Assembly: GCF_033153115.1 (NCBI RefSeq) | Contig: NW_026889766.1 | Location: 2,480,001 to 2,544,000, forward strand | Length of the DNA stretch: 64,000 nt | Direction: 5' to 3' | Source: Saccostrea echinata | Taxonomy: Eukaryota | In this document: positions 51,801 through 64,000 of the stretch, in pieces | How positions within the stretch are numbered: position 1 is the first letter of the stretch | How the letters are laid out: each line of letters opens with the position of its first letter | Made by a program: the position numbers and the translations under genes | The notes under the pieces: model-generated | Databases searched by the model: none | Told to the model about the DNA's origin: nothing | What the model saw: only the letters and a program-made list of their open reading frames with translations

Positions 51801-54800
51801 CTGTACCAAAGACAACCATATTGGGCAGTTATTGCAGGTAATTATTCAATCTCGAGATATGAAATTTATATCCAAATATCAACAGTTTAATTACTGCAGC
51901 TAGTATCTAGTGCTTAAGAAAGCATAACTTAATCATAAGCACAATGTACAGATCCCCGCGGCAAGAGGTAAATGTATGTTCAAGCTTATTTTGAGTGTAA
52001 CGTATATAACTTTTAAATCAAAGCAGGCTAAAGACAAATTTGCATTACAAAGATTTCAGAAACTTCGTTTAATGTAATCATTTTGCAATTTCTATGGTCG
52101 TTATAACGGTCCTGTTTGCAAAGACATCCTATCGTTGGGTTGCGTTTTGTCTAACATTTTATATTGAATTTGACAACGGGCTAGGATCTTCACCTGATAA
52201 ATAAATAGTTTTTAAGGATGGTCGTGACTGCTTGGTAGGGGATGTTTTCTACTCCTTAGCACGTAATTCTACCCTAAGGTCCGTGTTTTTACCTTGTTAA
52301 TTACTCGTATTCTTTACTAGATTTATGAGATAAATCGCTGTTCGCCACTTTTTAACTTTATTTTCTTTTTCTATACTTATATATTTCATTAAATTCATTA
52401 CATAGAAGGCATTGATACTAGTATGAACAACTTTGGAAACTAAAGTCCCAAATTTTAATAAACCAAAAAATTAATATCTGTTAGGGAATGAAACTAAAGC
52501 TGTCAAATCCCTATACCTGGATCATTGTTAATAAAGTATACCTATGCTTTCATGCATTTATTTCATATTGGAAGATCTATGAGATATTTATTGCACCCTG
52601 AGTATGTAAGTTGATAAATCAACATTTGCAAGTTATGCTCGCAACTCATTGAGATAACCTGCATATTTCCCCTTCTAATTAACGATTTTGTGTCAGAGAA
52701 TTAATATACTTATTGCTTAATACCAACTAACTATGAATAAAAACAGAATAATTCCAAATTTATATACATTTTTTTTTAAATCCGCACATCACTTTACTGA
52801 TGGTAGAGGTACCCCTGCAGTCAGTTATCAAAGAATTGTTAACTATCACCTACGTAATTCCAATAGACCGAATGAAAGTTGGAAAACTAGTAAAATTATA
52901 TACAAAACTTTTCATTACTAATGGGAATAATATTGCGCATCATTATCTTCACGTTGGGTGCAAGTTCAACATATGTCACAGACAACTGTTTTAGGTTAAA
53001 GGAGGTAGTGTTTGTGAATCTTTGTACTAATAGAATACAGCATAACGCATATTTATATGTAAGAAACAATCCATGGCAATTTAACATTGGCTTATCAAAA
53101 ACAAAGACATCTCATTTACTGAGCAGTAACCATTGAGGGGAAATTTGACTGATTTGTTTCTATAATTTTCTAAGTCGCAACAAAAAAAAAAAAGAAAAAC
53201 AAACAAAAAGAAACAAAACAAAAAAAAAACTAATAAACACAAAAGCAGAAACAAAAAAACCCTTCTAAAAATGTGTGCAGTTCGGATTGTGCCCTCTTAC
53301 AAAAACATTAAGGATATTTCTTTCTTTAGTTAGTTTTTATTTTATTTTTTATCTTTTTTGAATGCATGCAAGATATTGAAGATTCTGTGTTTTTTAAACA
53401 ATTAATTATTATCGTATCTGTTTGTCTTAGGTATTATTTTATTTTAAAATTGTACGAAATTATACAAAATTCTGATTGATCTTATACCGCTAATAAAACC
53501 AGTGATCATATTCTCCGCTACTATATTTACTGCATTACGCAGGTAGGTTGTCTTCCCATCGAATGTCACAGTGCACTCTGTGTCTTCAGCTCTCTGAACT
53601 ACCTACATGTATATATGACTTTATGACGTCATAATAGAAAATGACGTCAAGACACTGCTAACTGGAGCTGTTGTGACGTGAAAGATGTCATAAATTTTAC
53701 ATCTTCTTTAGAAAAAAAGGGTTGCGTAATTATTCTTGATTGAAATTGAGCGTGTTTAAAATGCTAACAAAAAATACACTTTTGAAATGTACCTGTGGTT
53801 TGAGGTAGAATTTATTGTGTGTGTATGTATTAAAGAGTTTGGCGCAGGAGATTTATGAGGATTAATCTATCTTTTGTGAAAATCTTAATGATAAGTTTGT
53901 TCTCTGACTGAATCTTGCTTGGGAAAAATGAATACATATTACTGTATTGTGTTGATAATCTCCCAAATGTGATGGTAGGTTAAACTTCTCCTTATATATT
54001 TTGTAACCAAGTAACACCATGTCTTTTCCCAAGCACATCTCGGGTACATAAGAATACGACAAGTTTATTTTATATAACAGAAAGTTAAAACTAATTGTGG
54101 TGGTCTGTTGCACCGAAGCGATTTACATGACACACGTCAAAAAAATTATATATGACCGTCACTTGTTCAACAATCTTTTGATACCATAACAAATATGTTA
54201 ATATATAGCCGAGAAAACCCTCTCTATAATTTGGTTGTACCTGAGTACATAGCTTACAAATTAAAACCAAAACCCATCTAGTCATGCAATATTATATTTT
54301 GAACACATTTTAAAGTTTCGAGAAGCCTTAACATAGTTTTTTGATCGGGGAAGAGGGGTATTAGAAATATGATTTATTTTTATAACTCTCGAGAAGATTT
54401 TATGAAAACATGTATGTGTTCCTTACGGGGAATGTAGTCTAAAATACATATGCGTGCAAATAAACAATCGTTCTACAGAGGATGCTTGCTCCTCCTAGGC
54501 ACCTGATCCCACCTCTGGAATTTTCAGGGGATTGTGTTTTGTGCCCTCCTCACAATTGTGTATTGTTTATGGATTTCTTTTTTTTTTTTTTAGATCGGTC
54601 AATGTTTGCTATCTTCACATATTTTTTTTTATCTGTAGAACGTCTGCTTTAAGAAAAAATACTATAAATTACATGTTATAGGGGGTAGGGATAGGGGACT
54701 TGTTTCATTTTAAAATCATTTTGGGCTCAGTCTGTTTGATTTTCAGACCTCAAAATTAGAATGATTAAATATTGATAATCAGCCGGACGTCGGTCAAGAT

Positions 54801-56385
54801 CAAGAAATTTCCAGTATGGGAAATGACGAGATAGAAAACATGACTTGCACAAATTCAATGCTAAAGTATTGAAACCGAATACATAAACATGCATTTCCTT
54901 TTTGGAAAAAAGTTTATCGAACCTAACCAGAATGGAACAGAATCATATCTGTATTTCTTTCAACAATCAGTCCTCTGCTCAATTTTTAAATAGGATTTAT
55001 TAATGAATTGAAAAAAGGAAAGAAAATTGTATATTTCTTTTTTAATTAATTAAACGTATTTTTTTTATTTTGTATATTTATCCTCTCTGTCACTTAATAA
55101 AACACATGCACCCCATTGCTCAATGTATATAACTATTTCCCTCGCAGCTAGGTTAAGGACGTCCATGAAATATACACCTTATTATATTCAGGGAAAATGA
55201 ATACAATTTTAATATTATTTTAACAGCATTAGTTTTCATAAATGCGAATTGTGGTGCTTGCACTTGTATATATCGGGTCTCTGCTGAGTTCGGCCAAAGC
55301 GACATCGCTTACATCAGCTGTTTATATCCTGACAGGATTAAAATTAGAACATTCATGTACTGTTACAAAGATCGTAAAAGTTCTACGATATACGGGCATA
55401 TTTTTGCTATAAAATTTATTCTGTTTTCTTTGAAACAAATTCCTTCAACGAAAAGTGCTGGGATCAACTTCCTCATGCTCGGGAATTGTTTAAAATTAAG
55501 CCGTCTTTCCATAAACTCTAGACAAAAATGTAATACGCATTGAAATAATGTTACATTACGGAATAAATAAACAATGCACAACCAGCTCCCAGCATTTTTA
55601 AGAATAGTAGGAATAATACCTACACGTGTTTAAAAATCAGTATTCATAGTGAAGCGGATATCGTTGAACTTTTGATATTTTCGAGGGACTGAACCTGTTA
55701 TTCTAGCACGTTACTGTACAAATGTGCGCCCTACGAATTTATATAAAGTCTACACATTATCAATTTAGTTTGACAATTAAATGTGGATTAATATATTTCA
55801 GAATATGTCTCTCTTTTGGTCTTTATAATATTTATTAGAAACGAACGTATTTAGTGTGTTTTAAAAAGAACATATAGTATTTATTCATTGAGATTCAGTT
55901 GTATTGTTTTAATGTGACGTCATAATAGCTTTCCCGAACCTCTGCATAGGCTGACGTATATATGGGAGTCCTAGCTGCGCTGTAATCAATGTCTGTGATT
56001 TTTTAAAACAAACCATAATTCCACCGTTATAAAAAAAATCATTTATTTATATGAAAATCAAAACACAAAAAAATGTCCTCTTGCCAAAACTATTCTTCCT
56101 CATTTATAATAATGTGTGGAGTATAATACGTGTATATTTCATGCGATTCAATTTATTTCAATCCAGAGTTTATTTGGAGTAAACAGAAGAAATTAAAAAG
56201 AAAAAGGTTTCAGTGAATACTAAAAGAATAAAGATAAAGTTCATCTTACATCATTATTTGAGGAATACATTTCATTTTCATTATCAATCAGGATATAGAT
56301 ACAGTTATTAACATTTATCAGAACTCCAACGGGTTTGGCCAGTGTGTAAAATTGTCTAATTAATATCAGATAAGGAAAAGTGTTT

Positions 56386-56684
56386 TTATATGACCTCATT
56401 AAATTCAGAATTTCCATAAGTATGTATTTCTTGGTAGACTGATTCTCTGTTAGTGGAATTAATGGATGTGTAATGGTGATCTTCTTTTCCGCCTGTTAAC
56501 TCGTCATACTTCTCCTCTGTATCCTTGCTAGACAGATGGTCAGTATTGCTGTGTTCTCTTGCGTTCTGTTGCAGACATCTTGTTCTTTTGAGATATATAA
56601 CTATAGTCAGTGCACTGAGAAGTATTACTCCAAGAAGCGTTGAAATGACGGAGATGACGACCAAGGACGTTTTAGAAAACTCTT
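56386..56684 (-). CDS. Receptor copy C terminal exon (TM plus ITAM/ITIM tail)
   Basis: Acceptor TTGTTTTTTCAG, phase 1, 299 nt, open; TM helix; EEKYDEL-x8-YTSI-x6-SVYQEI. Confidence 0.85.
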
Positions 56685-56966
56685 CTGAAAAAACAATGGT
56701 TTGTACCAAAAATGTAGATTACATTCCTCATTCATTTTCTTCAATGTTGTCATTTCGAAGAAACATTTCTTTTTTATATATTTTATATGCAATTCAAGAG
56801 AAACGTTGGTTGTACAGTGTTAGTGAGTTTTTTTTGAACAAAATAAAATCCGATACCAATATGTCTCCTTTGGACATTAAGACAAATATATTCACTTACT
56901 ATCTCCTTAATGTTGGGTGTTAAAAAGTATTTTAAAAACGATTAATTAAATTATAGAAGTACTTAC

Positions 56967-56996
56967 CACCTGTTCTTGATTCCCTTGTAGTATAAA
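56967..56996 (-). CDS. Receptor copy C 30-nt stalk mini-exon
   Basis: TTTTTAG|TTTATACTACAAGGGAATCAAGAACAGGTG|GTAAGT; encodes VYTTRESRTG, phase 1-1. Confidence 0.75.
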
Positions 56997-57437
56997 CTAA
57001 AAAGCAAGTGATAATCACTTCTTATTTAACAAGATATAATTTTATTTAATATTCTCGACTATTAAAGTTTTCAGATACCATTCTTTTCATTTTAAGCAAG
57101 TTTCAGTCAATACTCAGTTCGATGAAACACGTTTTGATTTTTTAAAGCATTGTTTTTCGACATTCTCTTTCGTGAAGCCTTATTCTCTTCCCCCTTTTTT
57201 TCTTTTTATTTCTGTTGTCTAAACAGACACTTTTGATTTGAGTAATTATATATTCTAATTATAAGACAATTATAAAATCATTTCATATGCAAGACAGCAT
57301 AAAAATTAACAAACACTTATGTTCTCATGATAATGTATATATTTCAATATCTTTACCAAATAAAAAAAAAACAATTTTTTCTCTCGTCATTTAATATCAC
57401 TCAAGAATTCTGATAAATAAAAAAAAATTAATCTTGC

Positions 57438-57569
57438 CATTGCACATAGGCCCCTGCCAGTCCTGTAAGCAGCCTTTAGTGCAGGTTCCTTTCTTCTTAT
57501 CACAAATTCCTTGGATGCAATTTCCACATTGCAAATTGCAGCTTTCGTCATATAATCCATTAGCACATT
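57438..57569 (-). CDS. Receptor copy C EGF-like exon
   Basis: ECANGLYDESCNLQCGNCIQGICDKKKGTCTKGCLQDWQGPMCN; 132 nt, open; GC-type donor G|GCAAGA. Confidence 0.85.
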
Positions 57570-59099
57570 CTAAGTTGGAATTTTAGGATAAAGGCCAAAA
57601 AAATGAAAACATTAAAAAAAAAAAAATAAATGAAGACTTGTCTAATATGATCCAGAAGATCGTAGGACGATTCAGAGCTTAAATTGTCAAAAATAGGTCG
57701 TCCTAGATTGTGACGTAAGAAACGATGAGCAGTCTTTAACTAGATATCATAAAAAGACAAAGACCTGTCTGATGTTCAAATGAACATAATATTGAAAATT
57801 ATGAATTTGTAGGGAAACCTGTATCTGCTTTACAAATTGCATGCTACTTGTCGTAATTTTTACGTCTTCATGTAAACAATTGTCTGTCAGATCGATAAGG
57901 TCGTAACATAATCATAAATATAGAGTACAAAACAAATGTTCCCATCTTAAAGAATCCTACGAAATATTTCAAAAAAGAACACAACTATCCACAAACTTCC
58001 GGAAAAATATATGCTAAGAGAGAAACTGGAGTGTCTAAATCAGCTTAGATCTATGTTTATTCAAATGCTAAGAGTGTACGGAATACTTAGGTATTGGAAA
58101 GATGGAGAAAATGTGGGAGTATGAAATAAATTGTGCAATTCTATTTCTTATGTTACAATTTTACTGAATTTGTTTAAGTTACGCCACCACCTTTCCTCTT
58201 TTCTCGATTTGCTTCGTTTAACCTCTGGTCTCTTCTTTTAATATGCTTCTGACGCCTATAGTTTTAGTCTACATGTATACCTGAGGTGTTTATAATTTTT
58301 TGTCTAAATTTCTAAATTAATGAGTATTCCTTTTATATTAGGTTAAAACATTTCAGACGTATTTACCTTGGCATAGTACCCGTCAATACATGGAGTTTCG
58401 CGCCATTTTGGCCTCTATCTATTATTTTACCAGTTTATTACCGAAAATTATAAGAAAAAAATTTAAACAGATTTTTCATTCGTCTTGATCTCCAGAAAAT
58501 GTAAACAATGCATTCTGATTTTAAACTATGCAATTTCATCAATATTTTCAATCCTTGTCTGAACGATAAAAGCAATCCGTAAGAGTTCTAGTGGGATTAT
58601 TTCCAGTGATATTTTCCCTAAAACACGGGAAAAACTTTAATTTCTGTAGGTACTGATGTTTTAAAATTTAACGGTTGTCCGGCATGGTTTCAACTTTCGC
58701 TGGAAGGAAAGCCAAAAAATCGTATGGTATTCATGATATAATAGTCTAAGAAATATAATTTGTGTGGAGGGAGGGAGGGGGGTGGGGGACTCCTAACAAG
58801 TCCGGGGGTGTATATCGGCGAAAGGCTGGGGTTGCAGAATTGTTTGAATGTTGAAAACAAAGAAATAATCAAGGAAAAGAAACATGGAATTTAATTTTTT
58901 TTTAATCAAATTTCAATTTTTTTAGCCTTTTTTTTTTGTCCCTTCGAAAATGTTTCACTCGAATTAGAACATCGCCAATTGCCGGAAAAGACTGCTCACG
59001 TTCTTTGAGCAATTATGGCTCTTATTTCTGCAGGAAACGACTGTGACATGTAACCTCTGCATATTTATATAGACCCTGAAACATGCAACTACCCCAAAA

Positions 59100-59345
59100 A
59101 AACGTGTGCTTTTCGTTTCGTGCAAACCGTGTGGCGTTTCGTGAAAACCGTGCAGCGATTCGTGCAAACCGTGTCGCGTTTCGTGTAAACCGTGCAGCGT
59201 TTCGTGTAAGCTCCAAAGCGTTTCGTGCAAACCGTGTAGCGAGCGTGCGAGAAGCGTGTGAGAAACGTGCGACTTTCGTGTAAGAGCCGTGTGAGAAACG
59301 TGCGACTTTCGTGTAAGAGCCGTGTGAGAAACGTGTAGGATTCAT
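59100..59345. repeat. CpG-rich compound minisatellite (21-bp then 30-bp units), probable transposon end
   Basis: CGTTTCGTGCAAACCGTGTGG-type units x~6, then CGTGTGAGAAACGTGCGACTTTCGTGTAAGAG x~2.5. Confidence 0.8.
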
Positions 59346-59987
59346 TCGGAACTCCTCTTATTTTAAATATGGCTATTGATGGATCAACATGTCATTCTGT
59401 GTTGTTTGTAACTAATATTATTTGAATATATTATACCGGTGGTATTTTAAGAGAGAAAGAACTACGGAAACAAAATGAAATTACTCGGTAATGTATTACA
59501 TATTTGTTTGATTTCCTTTCTTTTTTTATTTAAATAAAGAAGGAAAGAAAATATGTTCAAAGTAATTAATTATATGCACATCAAGTTTAAGGTATTTGAT
59601 TCAGTACATTTTTTAAAGGGAGCAATACTGAACATTGTCTTTAAAAAATCATCAATAATCCTGTCTTGTCCTTTTCATTCATTTATTTGAATCTCTTCAC
59701 CATTTTACAGTTGTGGTATATAGATATTACAAAAACATATGGGTGATTAATGCAAAATAATAAAGAGATAAAGCAGGCGTGAAATATAAAATACACATGT
59801 ACTAAGTTTAGTGCGTTGCTATAAATGTGAAGTATGGGAATTCTAAGCCGGGGAGCACAATTAATTCTCTTTTTTTTTCTTTATAAACGAACATAATTTT
59901 CTTATATTACAAGATTGTGATACAAATATTTTTTAAACGATGAGTCATTTATAGTCTTTATATGCACAAAATTGGTTGAATGATAAT

Positions 59988-60171
59988 NNNNNNNNNNNNN
60001 NNNNNNNNNNNNNNNNNNNNNNNNNNNNNNNNNNNNNNNNNNNNNNNNNNNNNNNNNNNNNNNNNNNNNNNNNNNNNNNNNNNNNNNNNNNNNNNNNNNN
60101 NNNNNNNNNNNNNNNNNNNNNNNNNNNNNNNNNNNNNNNNNNNNNNNNNNNNNNNNNNNNNNNNNNNNNNN
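59988..60171. other. Assembly gap
   Basis: Run of N. Confidence 1.
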
Positions 60172-61638
60172 ATTTTGGATATTGTTTTTGGGTCTTAGAA
60201 TCTCTCTGGTCACTGGATAAAATGATTGTCAGCTCCGGGATCGTTGTGCGCTTTTTGCCTGTGAGAGATTTTTAGACACAGGGGAACAATTCTTACAATA
60301 CCCTGGTCTTGACCAGATTGACCCAAGTTAGTTGGGTTATTAATGGTCCTTTATTTCTCAAAATGACGCTCCAGTTTAAATCTACTCTTCCTAGGATATG
60401 TTCCCTTCCTGTCCATAGCGCATCACAGGTTATGGGGAGTGGCCCTAGCTATTACCCAACCTGTATAAATGCAACCAGAAAGAGACAAAATCCACCAGAC
60501 CACCGTTTATTAAATTAATACATACATTCTAATTATTTACAATTACTAAAGATACACAATACACAATATAACAAACATTATAATAAATACGAAACATTAC
60601 TATCAGATTATAAAATATATTAACCTGTAAATACATTAAGCCATCTGAAAATTTTACCCATTTTTACAAAAATCTCGCAAGTCTACAAAATATCTTACCT
60701 GTATAAATGCAACCAGAGAGAGACAAAATCCAGCAGACCACCGACTGGCTATGTCTCACTGCGCTACATGTATACCCCCGTACATGCCTTGCATATTTGC
60801 GTATTTCTTCAAAATTTGCACTAATGACTTTTAATTTTGCTCTGAATTTAAATTAATATTATCCGTCCTTAAATCCTCTTTTTATCTTTGATTGCCCTTC
60901 AAAATTCTTGTTGAACTTTTTGCATAATCTTGACTTTTTATTTACCGTAGATAATTTATTCAGATGCATGACCTCTGCTCCCTTGCATCAACCTCTTTGA
61001 TTGGTTAGACCTTTATTCTTGACCAAACCAGCATCTTATAAACAAGTTCTTAATCTACAAACAAATAGCAACCTTCATGGAACTAATTATCAGCGGTGAA
61101 AAGTTCATCCTGCATTCATGCCGAGCATCTGTTTTCTTCTATTTTTATCCTGCGTGATCGTCTAAACATTACTACATTTCCTACTTTACCCTCGAGATTC
61201 ATAAATTCCACAATTTTCTATTTTTATGCAATTTTTGTTAAGATAATGGAATCATAATTCACATGAATCGGCAAATACAAGGTTAAATATTTCCTGGGGG
61301 GGGGGGGGGTGTTCAAATGTAAACACAAGCTTTGAGTTTTTGTTATTAACATGTTTTGTTTTTTTATATATAATTTTCATTTTAAAAAAAATATTTATTT
61401 TTTCGGGGTGCGCCTGACGCACCCCTTAAAAATGTATTGGAATCTTCTTTACACTTTCAACACTCTTCTCACGACTGTGATCAAGGTCATTTAGATGGTA
61501 CAATGTACAGGTAGGCGAACACGAGTTATCGTTCATAGTACGAGTTATCGTTCATTATGTAGTAGATCTATTCACTCGTACGTGGAATATTCGACATGTG
61601 TTAAAATACATATACGGAAATAAATGAAATATTCTTAA

Positions 61639-62949
61639 TTATGTTCCCCAAACGAAGTTTGGGAACATATTGTTTTTACTCTCTTTCTTCTTCTTATTAT
61701 TATTATTCTTTTTTTTCTTATTTCTTCTCCGGTACTTTTTTGTCCGCGAGTGTTCTCGGAAACGGCTCAACCAATTGAGCTCTTTAGGGTTAATAGGCAT
61801 GTTGTGTAGATGTGTTCGTCGAAGGTCATTTTGCGCGCACATGCATACACGTGCGGGCGCGTGCAATGAGTGAAATGACTGATATACTTAATATAGCTGT
61901 AACTTTTATACTTTTTTAGGAAATACTTTGAAACTCATAATATAAAGACATATTAGTAGTGTTAACAAAACGACATGGTCAAAGTAGCATGAACTCACGC
62001 GCATGCACATGCGTTTTGCTCTGACTGGCTGAAACAAACATCTCAATATCTTCTTTGCTTTTGACCAAATTCTTTGAAATTTAAGATATAGGTATATATT
62101 ATAAGGTTCTACAATATGATTTATATAGAAATTCTTGAAAACACGAGCAAGCACGTGTGCTGCAATTTGATTGGCTGAAACTTTAAATGGTTATATCTTC
62201 CTTAGTTTTCAACAAAATAGGATGAAATTTAGAATATAAATAGGTATAATGAGTTCGTACATAATGGCACGATCAAAACTGAATGTAAGAACATACATGC
62301 ACGTGTGCTGAAATCTGATCTGCTAATATTTTATAGGCTGTATCTCTCTTACTTTTCAATATAATGATTTGAAATTTTAAACATAGTCATACATTAGGAG
62401 GTTCTATAATATGATATATATAAAATTTCGTGAAAACACGCGCATGCAGGTGTGCTGCAATCTGATTGGCTGAAACTTTAAATGACCGTAACTTCCTTAG
62501 TTATCAACAATACAGGATGAAATTTAGAATATTGATAGGTAATATGAGCTCCAACGTTATGCTACGATCAAAACTGAATGCAAAAACATGCATGCACATG
62601 TGCTGAATTCTGATTGCGTAATACTTATATTACTGTATCTCTCATAGTTTTCAGTTAAAATCTTTAAGATTTTACTCATAGATATTTATTGTGAGTCTTT
62701 TTACGAGAAAGACATGAGAAATATCTAGAAAACATGGGCAAGTACGTGCGCTGAAATCTCATTGGCTAATACTTAAAGGACTATACTTCCGTTGTTTTTC
62801 GATAAAATACTATGGAAAATAAAGTGTAGATTTATTAAACAAAACAATTGCCTAATTTAATGAAGCTTCTAGGGAATGAGGCCCAAATTGGAGTAGGGGG
62901 AGCGTTGGGGGAACATCTGTAACGGTTCCCGTTACAATTAGTACTAGTT
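61639..62949 (-). mobile_element. HINE-like non-autonomous Helentron with a ~148-bp internal satellite
   Basis: Terminal hairpin TATGTTCCCCAAAC-GAA-GTTTGGGAACATA, (CTT)n/(ATT)n microsatellite, tandem units marked by CACGTGTGCTG, and subterminal GTTGGGGGAACA..ACTAGTT at the other end. Confidence 0.8.
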
Positions 62950-63339
62950 AATATTAATATTCACAGGTAATTTACATTTATTTCAGTGGCAACAATTGGT
63001 AATTATATATTAAGTCGTACAGGTAAAAGTAGAAATACTAATCCATATAAACAATGTATCCATTTGAATTAATCATCAAATATGGATAAATTGATGACAA
63101 ACGTGGATTTATTCAAATTCAAAATAAAATTCGTTGAACTATATTATTAGATTTTTTTTTTCAATGTTCATTTGTATTTCGATTGATCCAATGTTTATGT
63201 GTATTGGGAATAGAAAATCCGCGGGGGGGGGGGGGGGTTATTATCCCCTGCAAACAGGCACGTATCGTTACAAATGAACATTTAAAAAACATATGTCTAG
63301 AGGCTGTTTTAAGATCCCGCCCCATTTTTACAGCCAATC

Positions 63340-63562
63340 CAACCCTGATGACCTATGCTCGGCACTTAGTTCCATTGAGCAGTGAGGGATCTTTTTCGTG
63401 CCAGCACCTAGTGGGATACGGGACCTCGGTTTATATGGTCTCATCCGAAGGACCGGTCTCCACGTCCCGCAGTGGACCAATGCGAACCCGCGACGTAAGG
63501 ATCAAGTCTTTACTCCGCGACTCTAGAGCAGACGCTCTTACAACTGCCCCATGCAGGCGACG
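63340..63562 (-). mobile_element. tRNA-derived SINE
   Basis: CCATTGAGCAGTGAGGGATCTTT..GGGACCTCGGTTT..CCGAAGGACCG is the reverse complement of the 12255 SINE body; B-box-like GGTTCGCA. Confidence 0.75.
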
Positions 63563-64000
63563 ATTCCATAATTTTTTTTATTTTAATAATATACTCACAC
63601 CTAAACTACTACTGTGAAATGTGCCTATATTAGTAAAGAAACATTTTTTTTTATCTTCTTTTGATTTCAAAAGTTTTATTTAATTTTATTTTACCTGAAT
63701 GTCTTACTTAGCGCCAAGATTTTATTTTCACACAAAACTCACGGTTTACCGAGGTACATATATATCCGAACGCAATACAGCAAGTCATTTGTTAATCTAT
63801 CAACTTATATTCCTCGTCATTTGCTACTCCCAACTTTTCTAACTCATGTTCATTTCACACTAGGTGATTTCGAGCTATTTTTTTCCTCTAAAGTACAAAT
63901 ATATATCTTTCTAAACAATGCATCTAATTTCTCTACCTATTTTGACACGTATCAGATTAATGTTAGACATTTGTTCACTTCCCTTCGAGATTGTTCACTC

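Noticed and set aside
55143-55979. Possible TIR element (CGCAGCTAGG / CCTAGCTGCG)
   Set aside because: Only a 10-bp match and no TSD
58360-58420. Possible extra EGF exon end (TGCCAAG|GTAAAT)
   Set aside because: Upstream sequence lacks the Cys pattern and contains a stop
63183-63617. 144-aa ORF
   Set aside because: Antisense reading of a SINE

Overview
AT-rich eukaryotic genomic DNA with three N-gaps. It is most likely a bivalve, probably an oyster, judging from Cg170-like Helentron/HINE elements, mollusc-type tRNA-SINEs and Penelope relics. The genic core is a minus-strand tandem cluster of three paralogous single-pass receptor genes with the architecture signal peptide, F-type-lectin-like domain, EGF-like repeats, stalk, transmembrane helix, and a cytoplasmic tail carrying an ITAM plus a third ITIM/ITSM-like tyrosine motif. 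Copy A shows only its first two exons (11668-11083). Copy B is complete but pseudogenised (48847-29692). Copy C shows its last three exons intact (57569-56386). Much of the rest is transposon-derived: a near full-length decayed L1/Tx1-type LINE whose ORF1 ends in an IMPACT/YigZ-like domain; two TTAA-flanked TIR/foldback elements sharing a TTAA-N7-TCTCTGTAAG terminus and RFX X-box-like motifs; an EnSpm/CACTA-type element nested in a Penelope-like RT relic; a DIRS relic; HINEs with internal satellites; mariner-type MITEs; and SINEs. Exon boundaries were derived by hand and family assignments rest on motif recognition, not database searches.
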